In this document: one piece after another, positions 1 to 7,346 of the stretch
Layout: every line of letters begins with the position of its first letter
Position numbering within the stretch: the first letter of the stretch is position 1
Origin: an uncultured Alphaproteobacteria bacterium
GTDB taxonomy: Bacteria; Pseudomonadota; Alphaproteobacteria; Caulobacterales; Aquidulcibacteraceae
NCBI GenBank assembly: GCA_902826335.1
Contig: CADEEL010000018.1
Span: 27,515 to 59,514, forward strand
Length of the DNA stretch: 32,000 nucleotides
Direction: 5' to 3'
Position numbers and translations under genes: made by a program
The notes under the pieces: model-generated
Told to the model about the DNA's origin: nothing
Database searches by the model: none
What the model saw: only the letters and a program-made list of their open reading frames with translations

Positions 1-333
1 CGCGCCGGGGCGCAAGCCCGCGACATCGACTTTCACGGTATAGTCGCGCCGCGCATCTGTTTCGATAACGCCTGTTTGCACGACGCTGGTGAGGCCCCGA
101 TTGCGCGCCACGATCCAGCGCACGGGCACCGGCCCGTCCTGCTCCGGCGTCACCCGCGTCCAGATGATCACCCGGTCCGGCCCTGGATCGCCGCTGGCGA
201 CGCCGTGGCTGAACGCCAGCCCCCCGATATAACGCGGTGCCGGGGGCCTTTGCCCGCATGCCGCCGCAGCCGCGCCGAGGCCGGCCGCCGCCAACGCGCC
301 CCGGCGCGTCACCTTGATCGATGTCTCGCTCAT
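1..333 (-). CDS. phoD: Alkaline phosphatase D (PhoD family), N-terminal part; gene continues beyond the left edge
   Basis: Absent from the ORF track because it is open at the window edge. Reverse-strand ATG at 333 reads MSETSIKVTRRGALAAAGLGAAAAAC (twin-arginine signal), then FSHGVASGDPGPDRVIIWTRV...DYTVKVDVAGLRPGA, the conserved PhoD N-terminal block. Confidence 0.75.
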   Translation of the reverse strand, partial: MSETSIKVTRRGALAAAGLGAAAAACGQRPPAPRYIGGLAFSHGVASGDPGPDRVIIWTRVTPEQDGPVPVRWIVARNRGLTSVVQTGVIETDARRDYTVKVDVAGLRPGA

Positions 334-408
334 CCCACCCTCTTGGCAACGCCAGTTTCGCACTCCCGCCGGTTCAATGCGAGAGGCGCAAACGCATAGG
401 TGCGCGCG

Positions 409-1392
409 TCAGGCGGGATTGCGGCGCACGCGCAGCCGCACCGGTTGATGATCCGAATGCGCGAAGCCGAGGGGCACGCCGCTCACCTCCAGCGCCTCCA
501 GGTCCGGCGAGAGCACGAAACCGTCAATCACGCTGCGGTAATTTTCACCTTCCACGTAAGGCTGATTGTTGGTGCGGTTGGAGGGCGTGGCCGCGTCCGC
601 CGCGATGCGCCAGCCCGCCGGCAGCGCCTCATCGGGAAACTCATGCACCCAAAAGAGATGCTCTTGCGCGGTGGTGTGCGGGAACGCCGTATCGACCAGG
701 AGATAATTGAAATCGCCGCCAAGCACCACGGAGCGTCCGCTCGCGTGCTCGCGCTCGGCGAAATCCATCAGCGCCGCCAATTGCCGCCGGCGCGTCTGCG
801 CGCCTTCATCGAAGGCCGAGAGATGCAGGGAGACGATGGTCCAGGCCGGCGCGATGCGCGCCACGACGAGGCCGTAATGACGCATAACGACGCCCGCCAT
901 GCGGTTCGGCTCATCGGGCAGGCGCACCACTTCGGCCGATTGCAGCGCGTAACGGGAATAGAGCCCCGGCCCGTGCACCAGCCGCAGCGGCGGCGGCCAG
1001 AAGCGCGTGCGCACATCGGCGTAAAACACCCGGTCAAAAGCGGTGAGCGCGCGATTCACGCCGCCGCGTACATCATGCCAAAGCGTCATCGGCCCAGGCG
1101 CGGCGAGTTCCTGGATGCAATACACGTCCGCTGGATTGGCGCGCAGAGTCGCTTCGATGCCGGTGAGATTACGCGTGACCGAGGCGCGCGAAGGCGGCAA
1201 TAGCCGTGCCCCGCCATCGGCGCGGAAATCAGAATCCGCGCCGAGCCCCGCATAGCCCAAATTCCAGGTGACGATGGTGAGTTCGTTGGGCGCCTCCCCG
1301 GCCGTCTCGCCCCGCCCGATGCGCAGATCGCGCGCATGGGCGGGCGACATCGAAGCGACCAAGAGCGCGACGCAGAGTGCAAGTTCCTTCAT
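409..1392 (-). CDS. Secreted endonuclease/exonuclease/phosphatase (EEP) family protein
   Basis: ORF 409..1488, trimmed to ATG 1392, which gives signal peptide MKELALCVALLVASMSPAHA. EEP hallmarks IVTWNLGY near the N-terminus and GFAHSDHQPV near the C-terminus. Lies directly upstream of phoD on the same strand. Confidence 0.8.
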   Translation of the reverse strand: MKELALCVALLVASMSPAHARDLRIGRGETAGEAPNELTIVTWNLGYAGLGADSDFRADGGARLLPPSRASVTRNLTGIEATLRANPADVYCIQELAAPGPMTLWHDVRGGVNRALTAFDRVFYADVRTRFWPPPLRLVHGPGLYSRYALQSAEVVRLPDEPNRMAGVVMRHYGLVVARIAPAWTIVSLHLSAFDEGAQTRRRQLAALMDFAEREHASGRSVVLGGDFNYLLVDTAFPHTTAQEHLFWVHEFPDEALPAGWRIAADAATPSNRTNNQPYVEGENYRSVIDGFVLSPDLEALEVSGVPLGFAHSDHQPVRLRVRRNPA

Positions 1393-1426
1393 GGCGACCT
1401 CGATGGGCTGGCGCATATTCTCCCCT

Positions 1427-1469
1427 TGTGGGAGAGGGAAGCGCGCACCGGCGCGCCCCTTCTCCCACA
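1427..1469. repeat. Long GC-rich imperfect hairpin (about 19-bp arms, ACCG loop) between the divergent EEP gene and rluD
   Basis: TGTGGGAGAGGGAAGCGCGC-ACCG-GCGCGCCCCTTCTCCCACA. The arms are complementary apart from one shifted base. REP-like appearance. Confidence 0.55.
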
Positions 1470-1506
1470 CAGGGCGAAGGCGCGCCACTCAGAGAGCGCT
1501 GGCGCC

Positions 1507-2544
1507 TTGAACCAAGATGACGAAGAGCCCTCTGAGCCCGGATCGATCCGGAGCGTGATCGCGCCGCCGCAGGCGGCCGGCGCCCGCGTGGACGCCTGGC
1601 TGGTGGAGACATGGCCGGATCTGTCGCGTGCTCGCGTGCAGGGGCTCATCGGCGCGGGAAAGCTGAGCGCCGACGGCGCGCCGGTCACACACGCGTCCAG
1701 CAAGGTCCGCGCTGGCGCGACCTATGAGCTGGCGCTGCCGCCGCCTGAGCCGGCCGCGCCCGAACCAGAGCCAATCCCGCTCCAGGTCATGTTTGAGGAC
1801 GCGCACCTCATCGTGGTGAACAAGGCGGCCGGCATGGCCGTTCATCCCGCGCCCGGCTCGATGCGCGGCACGCTGGTCAATGCGCTCTTGGCGCATTGCG
1901 CGGCGAGCCTCTCGGGCATTGGCGGCGTCGCCCGCCCGGGCATCGTCCATCGCATCGATAAGGATACGACGGGCCTTATCGTCGCCGCCAAGACGGATGC
2001 GGCCCATCAGGGCCTCGCCAGGCTCTTCGCCAAACATGACCTCGAACGCGCCTATTACGCCATCGCGCGCGGCGCGCCGAAGCCGCGCACGGGAACCATC
2101 GACAATCGCCTCGTCCGCTCAAGCGAGGATCGGCGCAAATTCGTCGTCGTGCGCGATGCATCCTCGGAAGCCGGCAAGCGCGCCATCACGCGCTATTGGA
2201 CGGTCGAGCCATATGGCCAGATCGAGGGTGCGCCGGCTGGAACGCCGGCCGCGTCCCTGCTCGAATGCCGATTGGAAACCGGCCGCACGCATCAAATTCG
2301 CGCGCATCTCGCTCATCTCGGCTGCCCGCTGATCGGCGATCCGCTGTATGGCAAGTTTCGCGGGCTGAAAGCAGCGGGCGCGCATGCGCCGGCGGCGGAG
2401 GAAGCCGCGCGCGTCTTTCCGCGTCAGGCGCTCCACGCCGCGATCCTTGGCTTTGCGCACCCGATCACCGGCGCGGAGTTGCGCTTCGAAGCGCCGCTGC
2501 CAGGGGATATGACGACGCTGCTCGAAGCGCTCCGCACCTTGTAG
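1507..2544 (+). CDS. rluD: 23S rRNA pseudouridine synthase, RluA/RluD family (S4 domain plus catalytic domain)
   Basis: ORF 1336..2544. RVDAWL...[10 protein letters not shown] (S4-like), [10 protein letters not shown] catalytic motif, [14 protein letters not shown]. There is no in-frame ATG after 1336, so I chose the in-frame TTG at 1507 (345 aa). The start is uncertain. Confidence 0.85.
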   Translation: MNQDDEEPSEPGSIRSVIAPPQAAGARVDAWLVETWPDLSRARVQGLIGAGKLSADGAPVTHASSKVRAGATYELALPPPEPAAPEPEPIPLQVMFEDAHLIVVNKAAGMAVHPAPGSMRGTLVNALLAHCAASLSGIGGVARPGIVHRIDKDTTGLIVAAKTDAAHQGLARLFAKHDLERAYYAIARGAPKPRTGTIDNRLVRSSEDRRKFVVVRDASSEAGKRAITRYWTVEPYGQIEGAPAGTPAASLLECRLETGRTHQIRAHLAHLGCPLIGDPLYGKFRGLKAAGAHAPAAEEAARVFPRQALHAAILGFAHPITGAELRFEAPLPGDMTTLLEALRTL

Positions 2545-2557
2545 CGCCGCGCGCTAC
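2541..2557. other. Perfect palindrome GTAGCGC-CGC-GCGCTAC carrying the stop codons of both convergent genes
   Basis: The rluD TAG (2542-2544) and the TAG of the minus-strand 2554..3675 gene (2554-2556) each sit in one arm of a 7-bp stem with a 3-nt loop. Confidence 0.5.
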
Positions 2558-3675
2558 ATGATGAACTTCGCCTCGTGGTTCGAATTGAGAAAGCTCACCA
2601 TCTCCGCATAGGACAAATCCTCCAGCTCCTTGAGCGCCGTCAATTTCTCGGCGGAGCTGTTCGCACCGCGGAATCGCGCGCGAATAAGCCGAAGCGATGC
2701 GCTGTACTGGCGATAGCGTTCCACCTCCCTGTGCGGCTGCAGCCCCTCTTCAAGCGTTCTGAGCGCCAGCGCGACGATCGCGAACGAGATCGCCCCGCAA
2801 TGCGCGAGCACCAGCAGGAGGGGCGCCGCGCCGGCCGCGACGCCGATCAGAACCAGCACGTCCAGAACCAGCAACATCAGCACGCAGCCGAGCGCCGCTC
2901 CATCGATGATCTTGATCTGCTGAAACGGCAGCTTCGAAAACAATTTCGCATCGGATGACAACATGTACTCCGCGAAATCGATTTGATGATCGATGCGCAA
3001 ATGCGCCAGCGCGTCGAGAAATCCGTTGAGATGCGCGCCTTGCGCCGCCGCCGGATCGAACGCGACATCGAGGAGCCAGGGCTCCTCGCCGACATCGCGA
3101 TTGAGCACGCCGGCGAGCTTGGCGTCCAAGTGAGCGAGTTGTTCGCTGTCAAAGCGCGCGAGAGCCGCCGCCCGCGCCTTCAGGAACGGCGTGCGATCCC
3201 CGCTTTCAGCCGCCTTCATCACCAGGGGCGCCAGCGCGACCAGCGACTGGAAGTGCAATTGCCGCAGCCGCTCGGTCGCGAAGCGATTGCGCAGCCAGGC
3301 GTGTTTCGCTTCGCCGAACAGAACACCGCTAAGCCCAAGATAGCCGCCGATGAGGCCCAGCGCCGCGCCCGTCGCGGCCAGCGCCTGGCGCAGCCACAGC
3401 GGTTCGTGCTCGCTGAGCGGCATCCATGCGGTGATGAGCAGTGCCACGGCCACCATGCACACGGCTTCGATTCCGCGCCGCCGGCCAAGTTTCTTGGCGG
3501 CGTTGGCCGCATCGTCGATCGGCTCAAAGAGGGCGCGCAGTTCGGGATGATCGAGCGCGAAGGCGATATCGGGATAGGCGGCCTGCGCGCTGTTGCGATC
3601 GGGCTCACTGCGCAGCAGGTCCGAGTTGAATCTAAATCCGGCGCTCATGCCCTCAAGCCCCATTTCGCCCAACAT
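2554..3675 (-). CDS. 4-TM membrane protein made of two SLATT/DUF4231-like 2TM modules (putative pore-forming effector)
   Basis: 373 aa. Module 1: basic KKLGRRRG, TM about aa 69-85, TM about aa 96-120, then amphipathic AWLRNRFATERLRQLHF. Module 2: HQIDFAEYML, TM about aa 255-280, TM about aa 284-305, then REVERYRQYSASLRLIRARF. Positive-inside rule puts all soluble parts in the cytoplasm. The family assignment is pattern recognition only. Confidence 0.5.
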   Translation of the reverse strand: MLGEMGLEGMSAGFRFNSDLLRSEPDRNSAQAAYPDIAFALDHPELRALFEPIDDAANAAKKLGRRRGIEAVCMVAVALLITAWMPLSEHEPLWLRQALAATGAALGLIGGYLGLSGVLFGEAKHAWLRNRFATERLRQLHFQSLVALAPLVMKAAESGDRTPFLKARAAALARFDSEQLAHLDAKLAGVLNRDVGEEPWLLDVAFDPAAAQGAHLNGFLDALAHLRIDHQIDFAEYMLSSDAKLFSKLPFQQIKIIDGAALGCVLMLLVLDVLVLIGVAAGAAPLLLVLAHCGAISFAIVALALRTLEEGLQPHREVERYRQYSASLRLIRARFRGANSSAEKLTALKELEDLSYAEMVSFLNSNHEAKFIM

Positions 3676-3757
3676 CGCCGGCTCATCCCAGCCCCTCGCC
3701 GGATGACGCGGCGGCCCGCCCCTGCTAGATTCACTACAAGCTCCGGGGCTTCATGGG

Positions 3758-4378
3758 TTGATAGACGTTTTCATCTCCTACGCGCGCCGCAACCGCGATC
3801 AAGTGCTGGCGATCAAAAAGCTGCTCGATGACAAGGGCCTCGACGTCTTTTTCGATGTGGAGGGCGGCGTCGATGGCGGCGATGTCTACACCGACGTGGT
3901 CGATCAAAAACTGCGCGAAGCCAAGGCCGTGCTCGGCTGCTGGACGCCGCACGCGCTGACGCGCCGCTGGATCAAGATCGAGTGCCACATCGCGCTCGAC
4001 CAGGACAAACTTGTGGTCGCCGAAATCGAGCGGATCAAGCAGGATGAGGTCCCTGCAGTCTTCTATCAAGTCAATCGCGAGGATCTGACCAGCTTTGCGA
4101 ACGATCCAAACCACCCCGCCTGGCGGCGCCTCGAAAATACACTCGCCAAGCGCTTCACCACCTGGGCGGAGCAAAACACCAGCGACCCCGAAGCGCGCGC
4201 CGCGCTCGCCAAGGCCGCGCGGCTTCGGGGCGATGGCGAGGCCCCGCGGCAAAGCCCGCCACCGCGCGCCGCGCATCCTTTGTTGCCAATTCCGCGTGAT
4301 CGCCTTGGGCTCTATCTACAGATCGGCGGCGGGGCGCTGGCGCTCATCGGCCTACTGATCATCGTCTCTGGCGGCTAA
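3758..4378 (+). CDS. TIR-domain protein with a C-terminal transmembrane tail anchor
   Basis: 206 aa with a TTG start. N-terminal DVFISYARRNRD (TIR_2-type box 1), GLDVFFD, AKAVLGCWTPHALTRRWIKIEC (S/T-x-W-x3-E block with the candidate catalytic Glu), then a linker and the TM LGLYLQIGGGALALIGLLIIV at the extreme C-terminus. Confidence 0.8.
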   Translation: MIDVFISYARRNRDQVLAIKKLLDDKGLDVFFDVEGGVDGGDVYTDVVDQKLREAKAVLGCWTPHALTRRWIKIECHIALDQDKLVVAEIERIKQDEVPAVFYQVNREDLTSFANDPNHPAWRRLENTLAKRFTTWAEQNTSDPEARAALAKAARLRGDGEAPRQSPPPRAAHPLLPIPRDRLGLYLQIGGGALALIGLLIIVSGG

Positions 4379-4662
4379 TCGCGCTTGCGGCGGAGATAGG
4401 TTCCCGCCGCCGCCGCGCCGGCGCCTGCAATCAGCAGGACGTATCCAACTGGACGGAACGATCCGCCGCCGCCGCTGCCGCCACACCGTGCGCGATCCGT
4501 CGGATCGGAATCAGCGACGCACCCGCTCCCCTGATAGGCGCGATCGGTCGGGTCGCTGTCGGTGATGGCGTGCGCGGCGCCCGCTGCGCCGCCGGCGCCC
4601 AGCGCCGCCCCCATGACGCGGGTGAAAAAGGACCTGCGGTTCAGGCGGCGCGTATTGTTCAT
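4375..4662 (-). CDS. Small Tat-signal protein with duplicated DSDPTDRA motif, Gly-rich segment and C-terminal TM plus basic tail
   Basis: ORF 4375..4722 trimmed to ATG 4662: MNNTRRLNRRSFFTRVMGAALGAGGAAGAAHA / ITDSDPTDRAYQGSGC VADSDPTDRARCGGSGGGG / VGYVLLIAGAGAAAAGTYL RRKRD. No family recognised. Confidence 0.55.
   Translation of the reverse strand: MNNTRRLNRRSFFTRVMGAALGAGGAAGAAHAITDSDPTDRAYQGSGCVADSDPTDRARCGGSGGGGSFRPVGYVLLIAGAGAAAAGTYLRRKRD
4597..4652 (-). repeat. Copy 1 of a 56-nt Tat-signal-encoding repeat (55/56 identical to 5872..5927)
   Basis: gcccagcgccgcccccatgacgcgggtgaaaaaggacc[t]gcggttcaggcggcgcg encodes RRLNRRSFFTRVMGAALG. Flanking sequence diverges. Confidence 0.9.
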
Positions 4663-4733
4663 AGATTGTATACTATCATGGCGGCGTCTGCCCGACCAAA
4701 CGTGCGCAGCGCAGACGAGCACCCAGCCGAGTG

Positions 4734-4757
4734 GATCGCCGATGATCCTCGGCGATC
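4734..4757. terminator. Perfect 9-bp stem / 6-nt loop hairpin between the TonB-C-like genes and the small Tat-signal gene
   Basis: GATCGCCGA-tgatcc-TCGGCGATC. No U-run follows on either strand, so terminator function is uncertain. Confidence 0.3.
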
Positions 4758-4865
4758 ACTAATGGGCACGCACGAATGGAAGCCGCCGTTCACGGCATGC
4801 TTATAATGTAGTCCAATGCAGCACGCAGTACCATTTGTTATCTGTGCGGCAAACTTGATGCACAG

Positions 4866-5150
4866 TTATTCCCGATGAAATCTCACTGTCGTGCGAACCT
4901 GATCGCCCGGCAATATGCCAAAATAGTCTACATTAGGTTCGCTGGATTCAAACCGCTCGACAACAGCGGCAGCAAGACCCCACCCCATCGGTGTCTCCCT
5001 CTCGGAGACGCATTCGAATTGGCGCTCAGTGCTCCAAGTACAGAGAATAACGACTTCACCCGCGATGCCGGCGGCGAGCGCTGCTGAGGGATAAAAATCA
5101 GTAGGCGCGTCGATCGGCGGCAACACAAATGGCGCCAGGCCGTCATACAT
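4866..5150 (-). pseudogene. Detached third TonB-C-like repeat with no signal peptide; probably split from the upstream ORF by a 1-nt frame difference
   Basis: ORF 4866..5291. From ATG 5150 it reads MYDGLAPFVLPPIDAPTDFYPSAALAAGIAGEVVILCTWSTERQFECVSERETPMGWGLAAAV, the same domain pattern as the two repeats in 5170..5937. No SD and no export signal. Low-GC DNA. Confidence 0.4.
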
Positions 5151-5169
5151 CCGGTTGAGCGACTCCAAT

Positions 5170-5937
5170 TCAGAGCGTGCGCCAAAAATTGACAGGAAGA
5201 AAAAATGGCGCGGTCTGGTGCGCCGCGACAAACTCCTGCTCGCGTTCGGAAACACGAAATTGCAGCGCAAGTTGCATCGCCGCTTCACCAAATCCGTATC
5301 CGGGCGGCGTTTCGCGAAACAGCTGGCAATTCAATGATCGGTCTTGACGTACAATACAGCGCAATACACCGCGACCACGAACGCGATCGCGTGCGGCCTG
5401 CCTAGGGTATGCATCCAACACAGCGAAGAAATTCGGCGCAGCCTCCCATATGGGTAAATTCGGCGACGATAGGGGAAATGTTTCTCCGCCAACGCGGAGT
5501 GAAGCCACGTCAGGAAGTGATCCTGCGCCATCTGGAAACAAGAAATTAATGGGCACGCGCAAATTCGCGCCGGCGACGGGTTCTCCGCCCCGCGTAGCCG
5601 GCGTCAATCGGAACAGCCGTGAGAGAGCCCGCGCCGCGTCGCCAAAGCCCCATCCTTCGGGTGACTCACTTCCGATTTCACAATTAGCGCGCGTATCGAG
5701 CTGGATTCTGCATTCTAAAATGACCCTGCCCACCACGCCCTGCTCAACCGCGGTTGGGGGAAAGTACAGCCACAGCATTTCACCGCTCGGCCGTTCAATC
5801 CACTGGGGTCTCTCAAAGTCAAGTGGTCGCGGGTCGCCTTGGGCAAGCGCCGCGCCGGTGCTCAGCGCGACGCCCAGCGCCGCCCCCATGACGCGGGTGA
5901 AAAAGGACCGGCGGTTCAGGCGGCGCGCATCGCTCAT
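5170..5937 (-). CDS. Tat-signal periplasmic protein with two TonB C-terminal-like domains
   Basis: ORF 5170..6003 trimmed to ATG 5937: MSDARRLNRRSFFTRVMGAALGVALSTGAALA. Two repeats follow the pattern P..A...G..GRV.L.C.....L..C......P.G.GFG.AA..L...FR..P (VVGRVILECRIQLDTRANCEIGSESPEGWGFGDAA and GRGVLRCIVRQDRSLNCQLFRETPPGYGFGEAA). Confidence 0.65.
   Translation of the reverse strand: MSDARRLNRRSFFTRVMGAALGVALSTGAALAQGDPRPLDFERPQWIERPSGEMLWLYFPPTAVEQGVVGRVILECRIQLDTRANCEIGSESPEGWGFGDAARALSRLFRLTPATRGGEPVAGANLRVPINFLFPDGAGSLPDVASLRVGGETFPLSSPNLPIWEAAPNFFAVLDAYPRQAARDRVRGRGVLRCIVRQDRSLNCQLFRETPPGYGFGEAAMQLALQFRVSEREQEFVAAHQTAPFFLPVNFWRTL
5872..5927 (-). repeat. Copy 2 of the 56-nt Tat-signal-encoding repeat
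   Basis: Identical to 4597..4652 except for one base (g instead of t). Confidence 0.9.
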
Positions 5938-6009
5938 GGCTATGATGTTAGCACCGCGCCGGCCCAGGCGCGACCGCCCCAAGACCGGGCCGCCCGCTTG
6001 CAAAGTGTA

Positions 6010-6510
6010 TTAAGCGGCGTTGTGTCCTCGCCGCCAGAGCGACAGGATCAAAGCGAGCACGAGCGCGCCGGACAACCCCCAATTGATCATTGCGCCCACG
6101 GACACCGCTTGGCCGGGGTCCGGCGGCAGACTCATCATCGATATCGCCGTGCGTCCGACCTGTTCGGCGCCAAGCGACAGGATCATCAGCGGCAACAAGG
6201 CGCGATAGCGCACGAGTGCAACGAGGCCGAGCAACGCCAGCATCAGTAGCGCCAGTCCCCATGCTTGAAACATAAACACAAGCAAGGCGGCGGCATTGGC
6301 GGGAAAAGTGTCGATGGGTACGCCGTCTGCGGCGTGTATGATGAACCGGCTGCTCACCCATGGATTTAGACCGGCGACGTTGAAACCCATCGCGGCCTTC
6401 ATCAGCACGACCGGAACCAAGAGCCAGATCGCGAGCCATTGGCCCCGATAAGAATTGTCGATCTGGCGTGGGAAAAGTAGTTCCAGCATCGTCTTTACCT
6501 CTCGTGTCAT
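6010..6510 (-). CDS. Small integral membrane protein (about 4 TM), function unknown
   Basis: ORF 6010..6699. I chose ATG 6510, which overlaps the upstream gene stop as ATGA. ATG 6489 is preceded by GAGAGG and is an equally good start. Hydrophobic segments include WLAIWLLVPVVLM, AAALLVFMFQAWGLALLMLALLGLVAL and WGLSGALVLALILSL. Confidence 0.55.
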   Translation of the reverse strand: MTREVKTMLELLFPRQIDNSYRGQWLAIWLLVPVVLMKAAMGFNVAGLNPWVSSRFIIHAADGVPIDTFPANAAALLVFMFQAWGLALLMLALLGLVALVRYRALLPLMILSLGAEQVGRTAISMMSLPPDPGQAVSVGAMINWGLSGALVLALILSLWRRGHNAA

Positions 6511-7304
6511 GCTGCGGCCGGCGCTGTGATTGCGGCGCGGTATTTTTTCGACAACCGCACGCGCAACAGCCAGAAGATAAGGAAAGGCAACGGCGCGAGT
6601 GCGGCGATGTAGAGCACGGGCGTGTCGCGCAGCCATTGCGGAAACACCTGCTGCTGGCCAAGGAACAGCGATCCCGCGGCGACGAACAGGCCAAAGCACA
6701 TGCGCCAGACATGGCGCGCAATGCGCTGGCCCCCCTCGATGCCGCGCCGCAGCACGAGTTTGAGATCCGACGCCGCTGCGATGAGACTGACGAACAGGAA
6801 AATGTAGAAGGCCTGCGGCGGCGCCCCATCAAGCGTGCCCTCCGGCGTGTTCGTAGCCATCCACGTCAGCGAGAGCGTCGCGATCAGGCCGCCAACAGCT
6901 ATGAACAACCCTAAGACTTCCAACGCGCCCACGCCTTGGCGCCGGCGCGCGGTCAGCCAACCGGTGAAAATGAGATAGAATGTCATAAAGCCGGCGACAG
7001 TCGAAATCCGATCGTGAAGGAACGGCGCCACCGCCCCGCCGATCCCCGACATGACAAGCATGGCGACGAGGAACACATTGCCCGCCCGCCGATGGAGCAG
7101 CCCGCCCTTACGGGCTAAGAGCGCGACGCCGCCGCTAAGAAGCCCCACCGTACCGCCGCCGATATGGAGATAGAGCAACGCATCGGCGCCCAGGTGCACC
7201 CACCAGGGCGCGCGCGCGGCCACTTCCAGACGATCCGCGTAGGCCGACCCCGCCAATGCGAAGCTCAAGCCTACAAAAGCCCACAAAAAACCCGTCCGTC
7301 GCAA
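6507..7304 (-). CDS. Integral membrane protein, DUF2306-like
   Basis: ORF 6507..7424. The first 40 codons are AT-rich and atypical and would crowd the divergent AraC start, so I propose the in-frame TTG at 7304 (AAGGA 8 nt upstream). Contains LYLHIGGGTVGLLSGGVALLARKGGLLHRRAGNVF and about 6 TM segments. The family call is tentative. Confidence 0.5.
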   Translation of the reverse strand: MRRTGFLWAFVGLSFALAGSAYADRLEVAARAPWWVHLGADALLYLHIGGGTVGLLSGGVALLARKGGLLHRRAGNVFLVAMLVMSGIGGAVAPFLHDRISTVAGFMTFYLIFTGWLTARRRQGVGALEVLGLFIAVGGLIATLSLTWMATNTPEGTLDGAPPQAFYIFLFVSLIAAASDLKLVLRRGIEGGQRIARHVWRMCFGLFVAAGSLFLGQQQVFPQWLRDTPVLYIAALAPLPFLIFWLLRVRLSKKYRAAITAPAAA

Positions 7305-7346
7305 CCTAGGTATCCTTGCCTGCCGTCGCGGCCAACCCCGCGCGCT

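Noticed and set aside
76-1203. Plus-strand ORFs 76..399, 321..710 and 400..1203
   Set aside because: They are antisense to the phoD and EEP genes, which have clear signal peptides and family motifs.
2983-3831. 282-aa plus-strand ORF, and 5948..6832 (294-aa minus-strand ORF)
   Set aside because: The first is antisense to the SLATT-like gene. The second is an alternative frame of the two membrane-protein genes. Both have Arg-rich shadow-ORF composition, whereas the chosen frames give clean TM helices.
4400-4560. C-terminus of the small Tat protein as a PEP-CTERM / sortase-type sorting signal
   Set aside because: It has the Gly-rich, TM and basic-tail layout, but no PEP, LPXTG or other signature motif (the sequence is FRPVGY). 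No exosortase or sortase gene is nearby.
4802-5087. Perfect TATAAT at 4802-4807 (plus strand) followed by plus-strand ORF 4875..5087 (70 aa)
   Set aside because: There is no convincing -35 element (TGGAAG at best). The ORF is antisense to the TonB-C-like repeat and has no SD or recognisable features. An antisense RNA is possible, but the sequence alone does not support it.
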